17,535 nt of DNA from Nitrospirota bacterium (GTDB lineage: Bacteria; Nitrospirota; Thermodesulfovibrionia; Thermodesulfovibrionales; Dissulfurispiraceae). The notes beneath the pieces were generated by a model, which was not told the origin of the DNA, did no database searches, and worked only from the letters and a program-made list of their open reading frames with translations. The translations under genes and the position numbers were made by a program. Each line of letters opens with the position of its first letter. Position 1 is the first letter of the stretch. Of this stretch, positions 9,953 through 16,617 are shown piece after piece. Location: the NCBI GenBank assembly GCA_040758355.1, contig JBFLWF010000037.1, forward strand, positions 1 through 17,535, given 5' to 3'.

Positions 9953-11260
9953 TTGGGAGTCCTTGCAAACATCAGAAATATATTTAAGATCCCTGAGCTC
10001 AAAGTCAGGGTTCTTTTCACATTAAGCCTCCTCACTGTCTATAGAATCGGAGCACACATACCAACACCGGGGATCAATGGCGATGCCTTGAGCAAATTCC
10101 TCACGGAAAAAGGGGGAGCCCTCATGGGCTTTTTCGATATGTTTTCCGGCGGTGCATTGTCTAGGGTTACCATTTTTGCCCTCGGCATAATGCCTTATAT
10201 CAGTGCATCCATCATATTCCAGCTCCTGACAGTTGTCATTCCTGCCCTCGGAAGAATCGCAAAGGAAGGAGAGGCAGGCAAAAAGAAGATCGTTAAATAC
10301 ACGAGGTATGCCACTGTTGTCATAGCCGCCATCCAGTCTTTGGGTATAGCAATCGGTATTGAAGGCATGTCAGGCGGCCAGTTTGTACAGAATCCTGGAT
10401 GGTCGTTCAGGCTTCTTACAATGATTACACTCACATCGGGCACTGCCTTTTTGATGTGGCTCGGCGAGCAGATAACCGAGAGGGGCATCGGCAACGGCAT
10501 ATCCCTGATAATTTTTGCAGGAATAGTTGCGAGATTCCCCAATGCTATAGTCAACACCTTTAATCTTGTAAGGGCTGGAGAGCTGTCCGTATTCTTTGTC
10601 CTTATTCTTGTTGTGATGATGGTCGCTGTAGTGGGTGGTATCGTATTCATAGAGAGGGGACAGAGGAAGATACCTGTCCAGTATGCAAGAAGGGTTGTGG
10701 GCAGAAAGGTTTTCGGTGGACAGACTACCCATCTGCCTTTAAAGATCAATACATCGGGAGTTATCCCTCCCATATTCGCATCATCAATAATAATGTTTCC
10801 TGCAACCGTTGCAGGCTTTATCAGCATACCATGGGTTCAGGGCATAGCAAAGCAATTATCCCCGGGGACTGCAATGTATACAACCCTGTATGTGGGCTTG
10901 ATATTCTTCTTCAGCTATTTTTATACAGCAGTAATATTCAACCCCGTGGATATCGCAGACAACTTACAAAAACATGGCGGTTTTATTCCCGGGATCAGGC
11001 CTGGTCAGAAGACCTCCGAGTATATATACAGGGTGCTCACAAGGCTTACCTTTGTCGGCGCGGTTTATCTGGCCATAGTATGCGTCATGCCCGAGCTTTT
11101 AATCGGGAAATTCAATCTGCCGTTCTATTTTGGAGGCACATCCCTTCTCATAGCTGTTGGTGTTGCCCTTGACACTGTTTCGCAGATAGAATCCCATCTC
11201 GTGACAAGGTCTTATGAAGGCTTCCTTAAGAAAGGAAGGCTGAGGGGCAGAAGAGGCTGA
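9953..11260 (+). CDS. secY: Preprotein translocase subunit SecY
   Basis: IFALGIMPYISASII, WLGEQITERGIGNGISLIIFAGI, FIPGIRPG, FGGTSLLI; multiple TM segments; TTG start. Confidence 0.99.
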   Translation: MGVLANIRNIFKIPELKVRVLFTLSLLTVYRIGAHIPTPGINGDALSKFLTEKGGALMGFFDMFSGGALSRVTIFALGIMPYISASIIFQLLTVVIPALGRIAKEGEAGKKKIVKYTRYATVVIAAIQSLGIAIGIEGMSGGQFVQNPGWSFRLLTMITLTSGTAFLMWLGEQITERGIGNGISLIIFAGIVARFPNAIVNTFNLVRAGELSVFFVLILVVMMVAVVGGIVFIERGQRKIPVQYARRVVGRKVFGGQTTHLPLKINTSGVIPPIFASSIIMFPATVAGFISIPWVQGIAKQLSPGTAMYTTLYVGLIFFFSYFYTAVIFNPVDIADNLQKHGGFIPGIRPGQKTSEYIYRVLTRLTFVGAVYLAIVCVMPELLIGKFNLPFYFGGTSLLIAVGVALDTVSQIESHLVTRSYEGFLKKGRLRGRRG

Positions 11261-11281
11261 AACATTAAGCAGCAAACAGAT

Positions 11282-12034
11282 GTGATAATAATTAAATCTC
11301 AGTCAGAAATAAATAAGATAGCCGCTGCATGCCGCATAGTGGCAGAGATTCTGGAAGGTCTTAAAGCCTTTGTTAAGACAGGCATATCCACTGCCGATAT
11401 AGAGGCGTATGTGGATAGGGAAATAAATAAGAGGGGTGCAACCCCTGCCTTTAAGGGATACAGAGGGTATCCGTCGAGTGTATGCATATCTGTAAACGAG
11501 CAGGTTGTGCACGGGATACCATCCAGGGCAGCAAGACTAAAAAACGGTGATATTGTGAGCATAGATTTAGGGGCGATACTGGACGGATTTTATGGCGATG
11601 CAGCTTTGACCATTCCTGTTGGAGATATAAGTCCTGATGCATCACGGCTTATCATGGTGACAGAGGAAGCCTTCTACAAGGGAATTGAAAAGGCGGTAGC
11701 CGGAAACAGGGTTTCCGATATATCTGCCGCAATACAGGATCATGTGGAGTCCAATGGTTTTTCGGTGGTGAGGGCCTTTGTCGGCCACGGCATCGGCCGT
11801 TCGCTCCACGAAGAGCCGCAGGTTCCGAACTTCGGGAAACCGGGACAGGGGCCGAGGTTGAAAGAGGGTATGACCATGGCAGTTGAGCCCATGGTCAATG
11901 CCGGAGGCCCTGACGTTAAGATACTGGATGACGGCTGGACAGCGATTACCGCAGACGGCAGCCTGTCAGCCCATTATGAGCATACAGTTGCAATAACAAA
12001 AAATGGCGCTGAAATCTTGACTAAACTCTCATGA
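11282..12034 (+). CDS. map: Type I methionine aminopeptidase
   Basis: CISVNEQVVHGIP, DGFYGDAA, GHGIGRSLHEEP, AVEPMVN, SAHYEHT metal-ligand motifs; GTG start. Confidence 0.98.
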   Translation: MIIIKSQSEINKIAAACRIVAEILEGLKAFVKTGISTADIEAYVDREINKRGATPAFKGYRGYPSSVCISVNEQVVHGIPSRAARLKNGDIVSIDLGAILDGFYGDAALTIPVGDISPDASRLIMVTEEAFYKGIEKAVAGNRVSDISAAIQDHVESNGFSVVRAFVGHGIGRSLHEEPQVPNFGKPGQGPRLKEGMTMAVEPMVNAGGPDVKILDDGWTAITADGSLSAHYEHTVAITKNGAEILTKLS

Positions 12035-12046
12035 GATAGGTATAAT
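12017..12046 (+). promoter_or_regulatory. Putative sigma70 promoter for infA and downstream genes
   Basis: TTGACT (12017-12022), 18-nt spacer, TATAAT (12041-12046). Confidence 0.7.
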
Positions 12047-12060
12047 TATAAGCTTAAAAT

Positions 12061-12279
12061 ATGGCGAAAGAAGAAAATATCGAACTTCAGGGAACAATCG
12101 TAGAAACCTTGCCGAATGCGATGTTCAGGGTAGAGCTTGAGAACGGGCAGGTAATACTTGCCTATGTATCCGGCAAGATGAGGATGCATTTTATAAAGAT
12201 ACTGCCTGGAGACAAGGTTACTGTGGAGCTCTCTCCCTATGACCTTACAAAGGGACGCATTACTTATAGATTTAAGTAG
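12061..12279 (+). CDS. infA: Translation initiation factor IF-1
   Basis: [45 protein letters not shown]. Confidence 0.99.
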   Translation: MAKEENIELQGTIVETLPNAMFRVELENGQVILAYVSGKMRMHFIKILPGDKVTVELSPYDLTKGRITYRFK

Positions 12280-12281
12280 GA

Positions 12282-12317
12282 TATATGACCTATACGACTT
12301 ATATGACCTATATTACT
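12282..12317. repeat. Four tandem 9-nt repeats in the infA-rpmJ spacer
   Basis: TATATGACC TATACGACT TATATGACC TATATTACT. Confidence 0.85.
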
Positions 12318-12330
12318 ATGGAGGATTTGT

Positions 12331-12444
12331 ATGAAGGTAAGGCCGTCTGTAAAGCCTATATGTTCTAAATGCAAGATTGTCAAGAGAAAAGGTGTTATAA
12401 GGATTCTCTGCGAAAACCCAAGACACAAGCAGAGACAGGGATAA
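12331..12444 (+). CDS. rpmJ: 50S ribosomal protein L36 (zinc-binding form); absent from the ORF track
   Basis: Manual translation [44 protein letters not shown] upstream. Confidence 0.98.
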   Translation: MKVRPSVKPICSKCKIVKRKGVIRILCENPRHKQRQG

Positions 12445-12449
12445 TAAAA

Positions 12450-12477
12450 ATTTCAAATTTGAAATTTCAGATTTCAA
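12450..12477. repeat. Four tandem heptamers in the rpmJ-rpsM spacer
   Basis: ATTTCAA ATTTGAA ATTTCAG ATTTCAA; overlaps the perfect palindrome AAATTTCAAATTTGAAATTT (12448-12467). Confidence 0.8.
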
Positions 12478-12500
12478 ATTAAAATAAAGAAGGAGTTTTT

Positions 12501-12866
12501 ATGGCGAGAATAGCTGGTGTTGACCTGCCGAAGAGTGAGCGTGTGGAAGTAGGACTTACACGCATATTCGGCATTGGAAGGTCTTTATCCAATAAGATAC
12601 TTACAGAAACAAATGTAAACCCGAACACGAGGGTGAAAGACCTTACCGATGAGGATATTGTTAAAATAAGGAGCCTCATAGAAAGGGATTATAAGGTAGA
12701 GGGCGACCTGAGGCGTGAAATATCGATGGATGTAAAGAGGCTTCATGATATCGGTTGCTATAGAGGGCTCAGGCATAAGGCCCACCTGCCTGCGAGAGGA
12801 CAGAGGACAAGGACCAATGCGAGGACACGAAAAGGTCCAAGAAAGCTTGTGGTCAAGAAAAAGTAA
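12501..12866 (+). CDS. rpsM: 30S ribosomal protein S13
   Basis: [37 protein letters not shown]. Confidence 0.98.
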   Translation: MARIAGVDLPKSERVEVGLTRIFGIGRSLSNKILTETNVNPNTRVKDLTDEDIVKIRSLIERDYKVEGDLRREISMDVKRLHDIGCYRGLRHKAHLPARGQRTRTNARTRKGPRKLVVKKK

Positions 12867-12902
12867 GCCAAAGGAAAACATAAAGAAGGAGGAGTTTATT
12901 TG

Positions 12903-13289
12903 ATGGCCCAGAAAAAGAGAGCAGGCAAGAAGGTTAAGAAGAATATACCCAGTGGCTCAGCCCATATACAGACCACTTTTAACAATACAATAATTACCAT
13001 AACCGACCAGGGCGGCAATGTGATAGCATGGTCGAGTGCAGGAAGCCTTGGTTTCAAGGGGTCAAGGAAAGGCACTCCCTTTGCTGCGCAGATAGCGTCA
13101 GAGACAGCAGCAAAAAAGGCAATGGAGATGGGGCTTAAGCACGTGGACGTTTATGTAAAGGGCCCCGGCGCCGGCAGGGAGACGGCAATCCGCGCACTTC
13201 AGGCAGCAGGACTTGAGATAACATTGATTAAGGATGTTACCCCTGTTCCGCACAACGGCTGCAGACCGCCGAAAAGGAGGAGGGTGTAA
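12903..13289 (+). CDS. rpsK: 30S ribosomal protein S11
   Basis: [42 protein letters not shown]; start ATG 12903 or TTG 12900. Confidence 0.98.
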   Translation: MAQKKRAGKKVKKNIPSGSAHIQTTFNNTIITITDQGGNVIAWSSAGSLGFKGSRKGTPFAAQIASETAAKKAMEMGLKHVDVYVKGPGAGRETAIRALQAAGLEITLIKDVTPVPHNGCRPPKRRRV

Positions 13290-13915
13290 TGGCAAGATAT
13301 ACCGGTGCATTATGCAGACTGTGCAGGAGAGAGGGAGAGAAGCTCTTTTTAAAGGGCAGCAGATGCTACACCGACAAATGCGCGGTTGAAAAAAGAAAAT
13401 ACGCCCCCGGACAGCACGGGCAGAGCAGGGGAAAGCTTTCTGACTACGGCATACAGTTGAGGGAAAAGCAGAAGGTCAGAAGGATATACGGCGTGATGGA
13501 GGACCAGTTCAGGATATATTTTAAAAAGGCATCACGCATGAAAGGCGTAACAGGCGAGGCCCTGCTCCAGTTGCTTGAGAGAAGGCTCGATAACGTTGTC
13601 TATAGAATGGGATTTTCGACAAACAGGAGAGAGGCTCGGCAGCTTGTGAAGCACGGACATTTCCTTGTCAATGGCGGAACAGTCGATATCCCTTCCTATC
13701 TCCTCAGGCCCGGCGATGTGGTCGAGGTCAGAGAGGCCAGCAGGCAGTTGCAGGCAATATCCGATAGCCTGTCAATGGCGGAGCACAAGGGATTTCCAGA
13801 ATGGATAGAGCTGGACATGCAGAATATGAAGGGTAAGTTTGTCAGGATTCCTTCGCGGGAAGAGATACAACTGCCTGTCCATGAGCAGCTTATAGTCGAG
13901 CTCTATTCGAAGTAA
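13289..13915 (+). CDS. rpsD: 30S ribosomal protein S4
   Basis: [40 protein letters not shown]. Confidence 0.98.
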   Translation: MARYTGALCRLCRREGEKLFLKGSRCYTDKCAVEKRKYAPGQHGQSRGKLSDYGIQLREKQKVRRIYGVMEDQFRIYFKKASRMKGVTGEALLQLLERRLDNVVYRMGFSTNRREARQLVKHGHFLVNGGTVDIPSYLLRPGDVVEVREASRQLQAISDSLSMAEHKGFPEWIELDMQNMKGKFVRIPSREEIQLPVHEQLIVELYSK

Positions 13916-13933
13916 GACTTTGAATTTCAGGAT

Positions 13934-13964
13934 ACCGGGGATAACCGACTCGGTTTTTATTTTT
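13934..13964 (+). terminator. Possible weak intrinsic terminator or attenuator between rpsD and rpoA
   Basis: ACCGGG-N9-CTCGGT stem (one G-U pair) followed by TTTTATTTTT. Confidence 0.35.
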
Positions 13965-14008
13965 AGAAATAATTAAAAGCAGAATTATACAGGCATAGGA
14001 GGCCTTAC

Positions 14009-15010
14009 ATGGATCTTGTTAAAAAGGGCTTTCAGTTACCCAAAAAGATTAACTTTGATGAGGAAACCCTTACCGATTCCTACGGCAAGCTGGTCGTAGA
14101 GCCGCTTGAGCGCGGGTTCGGTACTACCATAGGAAATTCGCTGCGCAGGATTTTGCTTTCCTCGATAGAGGGAGCTGCTGTTACCGCAGTGAGAATCCCC
14201 GGTGTTTTGCACGAATTTTCCAACATAAAGGGTGTAAAGGAAGACGTTGTCGATATTATCCTGAACATAAAGAAACTGAGGTTCAAGATGCACGGTGACG
14301 GCAGGAAGACCGCAACCGTGAAAGTAAAGGGCCCGAAGGTTGTGACAGGCGCTGATATAGAGACAGATCCCAGTGTCGAGGTTTTGAACAGAGACCATCG
14401 TATCGCCACGGTTGACAACGGCACCACGCTGGAAATAGAGATGTACGTAAAAAAGGGAAAGGGCTATATACCGGCAGAGATAAATAAAGAAGAGGGTCTC
14501 CCCATCGATGTGCTTGCCATAGATTCTGTATTCAGCCCCATAAAGAAGGTGAACTTCTGGGTTGAGAAGGCAAGGGTAGGAAGGGCTACGGATTATGACA
14601 GGCTCATCATGGAGGTATGGACCGACGGAAGCATAACCCCTGAGAAGGCGGTGAGCGATGCAGCATCGATACTCATGGACCACCTCGACCTGCTTATCTT
14701 TGTAGAGGAAGAGGAGATAACCGAAGAGACAGCGGGTTCCATGATTGCGGCTGCATCCAATCCATCTTTGAATGAGAACCTGCTGAAGAGCATCGATGAG
14801 CTGGAACTCTCTGTCAGGGCATATAACTGCCTCAAGAATGCCAATATAAAAACAATCGGAGACCTTGTTCAGAAGACAGAGCACGAGATGCTCAGGACAA
14901 AGAACTTTGGCCGCAAGTCCCTGAACGAGATAAAGGAGATACTCGTGGGCATGGGATTGAACTTCGGCATGAGAATAGACATGGATGAATTGGTGAGGGG
15001 AGGTAGATAA
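14009..15010 (+). CDS. rpoA: DNA-directed RNA polymerase subunit alpha
   Basis: EPLERGFGTTIGNSLRRILLSS, GVLHEFS, ELELSVRAYNCLK, KNFGRKSLNEIK. Confidence 0.99.
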   Translation: MDLVKKGFQLPKKINFDEETLTDSYGKLVVEPLERGFGTTIGNSLRRILLSSIEGAAVTAVRIPGVLHEFSNIKGVKEDVVDIILNIKKLRFKMHGDGRKTATVKVKGPKVVTGADIETDPSVEVLNRDHRIATVDNGTTLEIEMYVKKGKGYIPAEINKEEGLPIDVLAIDSVFSPIKKVNFWVEKARVGRATDYDRLIMEVWTDGSITPEKAVSDAASILMDHLDLLIFVEEEEITEETAGSMIAAASNPSLNENLLKSIDELELSVRAYNCLKNANIKTIGDLVQKTEHEMLRTKNFGRKSLNEIKEILVGMGLNFGMRIDMDELVRGGR

Positions 15011-15423
15011 TGCGCCATAAAGTAGCAGGCAGCAATTTCAATAGAACAGCGAACCAGAGAAAGGCATTGCTGAGGGGACTCGTATCGTCCCTCTTCGAGC
15101 ACCAGAGGATAGAGACAACACTGGCAAAGGCAAAGGCAATTAAAGGCATAGCAGAAGAGCTCGTTACCTTTGGCAAGCGCGGCGACCTCCATTCCAAGAG
15201 GATGGTGATGTCCTATATTCCTAACAGGACTGTTGTGGCAAAGCTCTTTTCGGATATAGCTCCGAGGTTTGCAGACAGAAACGGCGGTTATCTGAGGATA
15301 GTCCAGACAAGACAGAGGGTCAATGACAGGGCGCCCATGGCTATTATAGAATTTATCGATTATCAGGACATAAAAGAAAAAGGTCAAGGCAAGGGTCAGG
15401 AAAAAGAAGGTAAGAAAGAATGA
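15010..15423 (+). CDS. rplQ: 50S ribosomal protein L17
   Basis: MRHK, RIETTLAKAK, KLFSDIAPRFADRNGGYLRI, DRAPMAIIE. Confidence 0.98.
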   Translation: MRHKVAGSNFNRTANQRKALLRGLVSSLFEHQRIETTLAKAKAIKGIAEELVTFGKRGDLHSKRMVMSYIPNRTVVAKLFSDIAPRFADRNGGYLRIVQTRQRVNDRAPMAIIEFIDYQDIKEKGQGKGQEKEGKKE

Positions 15424-15554
15424 ACGACATACTCATCGGAGCAGGAATAATCCTGGTATGGGTGATCCTTCAGTTCTTTGTCTTTCCAAAACTCGGAGTA
15501 CCCACCTGAGCGGTGCCGCAAAAGGGTTCGGGAAACTCAAAGAAGTGCAAATAA
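15420..15554 (+). CDS. Small single-pass membrane protein; 29 aa if TGA 15507-15509 is a stop, 44 aa if it is read as selenocysteine
   Basis: ATGA overlap with the rplQ stop, GAAGGT at 15406-15411; MNDILIGAGIILVWVILQFFVFPKLGVPT(TGA)AVPQKGSGNSKKCK-TAA; lies upstream of the operon terminator. Confidence 0.65.
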
Positions 15555-15577
15555 ATTTTCAGAATATAGTTTTAACG

Positions 15578-15607
15578 AAAGGGATTCGCAAAGCGAATCC
15601 CTTTTTT
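15578..15607 (+). terminator. Rho-independent terminator ending the ribosomal protein operon
   Basis: GGGATTCGC-AAA-GCGAATCCC perfect 9-bp stem followed by TTTTTT and preceded by AAA. Confidence 0.9.
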
Positions 15608-15636
15608 GTTATCGAGCATTTATAATATAATTCAGT

Positions 15637-16299
15637 ATGCAGGCAAATAAGAAGAAAAGAATACTTATCGTCGATGACGAGAAAGTGATAAGGGCAAACC
15701 TTTCCGATCTGCTGGAAGGAAACGGCTATCTTACAGATACTGCAGTCTCCGGAAGGCAGGCAATAGAGAAGGTTACGTCAGAGGATTTCGATATCGTTCT
15801 CCTTGATTTGATGATGCCTGTAATGGACGGCATGGAAGCGCTCAAGGAGATCAAGAAGATCAGGCCGAAAATAAAAGTGATCATGATTACCGCCTTCGCC
15901 ACAGTAGAAGGAGCAGTGGATGCCATGAAAAGCGGTGCAAGCGACTACCTGCCCAAACCATACGTACCGCAAGAGCTTCTTGCTACTATAAGCCGGGTAA
16001 TAGACGAGGCAAAATTCGAAAAGGGTCTTAAAAGGTTAAGGCTTGAGGATACCCTTTTCTCCTTATCAAGCCCCATACGTAGAGATATCCTCATGCTGCT
16101 TTATTCAAAGGGAAGCCTGCGTCTAACCGACATAACAAAAAACCTCGAGATAGACGACCATACAAAGGTTATTTTCCATCTGAAGACACTAAAGGAATTC
16201 AGGATGATAGACCACGGCGAAAGATCATACCACCTCACCCGTCTTGGAGAAAAGATAGTAGAATTCCTCAAAATTTTAGGCGCCTACCTTTCGGAATAA
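15637..16299 (+). CDS. Response regulator: N-terminal receiver plus C-terminal ArsR-like winged helix-turn-helix (paralog 1)
   Basis: ILIVDDE, LLDLMMP (D57), T85, K107-P; C-terminal LSSPIRRDIL...FHLKTLKE...YHLTRLG is wHTH-like. Confidence 0.88.
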   Translation: MQANKKKRILIVDDEKVIRANLSDLLEGNGYLTDTAVSGRQAIEKVTSEDFDIVLLDLMMPVMDGMEALKEIKKIRPKIKVIMITAFATVEGAVDAMKSGASDYLPKPYVPQELLATISRVIDEAKFEKGLKRLRLEDTLFSLSSPIRRDILMLLYSKGSLRLTDITKNLEIDDHTKVIFHLKTLKEFRMIDHGERSYHLTRLGEKIVEFLKILGAYLSE

Positions 16300-16336
16300 T
16301 AACTCGCCAAATTTCCCTTATTTTTCAATGCCCATT

Positions 16337-16385
16337 ATGTGAACTGGACTTCACATTGAACTTATTGTTGAAAAAGGTGTATAAA
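16337..16385 (+). promoter_or_regulatory. Palindromic operator-like site next to a putative sigma70 promoter
   Basis: ATGTGAA-N6-TTCACAT (16337-16356); TTGAAC (16356-16361), 18-nt spacer, TATAAA (16380-16385). Confidence 0.5.
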
Positions 16386-16420
16386 ACCTGTAGGCGTTTT
16401 TTTAGGATACAGGGGGCGTT

Positions 16421-16612
16421 ATGGCATGCAACATCTGCAAATATTATCAGGTGGTCGAAAATTTCAAGATGAAAAAATATTCCCACTACTGCTTCTTCTT
16501 CAGCACATTTATGGAAAAGACGAGGGAAAAGTGCGATTCATGCAGGCCGGTAAAGGAACCAAAACAGAACGGCGAACCGCCTGAAACTGGATACCACGGG
16601 AGAGATTTATAA
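16421..16612 (+). CDS. Hypothetical small Cys-rich, putatively metal-binding protein
   Basis: AGGGGG SD-like run upstream; CNIC, a lone Cys and CDSC in 63 aa; fills the gap between the paralogs, stop 5 nt before the next ATG. Confidence 0.6.
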   Translation: MACNICKYYQVVENFKMKKYSHYCFFFSTFMEKTREKCDSCRPVKEPKQNGEPPETGYHGRDL

Positions 16613-16617
16613 TCGCT

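Noticed and set aside
10195..11172. Alternative ORFs within secY (210 aa and 120 aa on minus, 113 aa on plus)
   Set aside because: Fully nested in a conserved essential gene and show no domain features.
12282..12477. Spacer repeats as a CRISPR array or mobile element ends
   Set aside because: Units are 7-9 nt, contiguous and lack spacers; no cas, transposase or integrase gene is in the window.
14036..14884. 282-aa minus-strand ORF
   Set aside because: Lies entirely antisense to rpoA with no recognisable motifs; shadow ORF.
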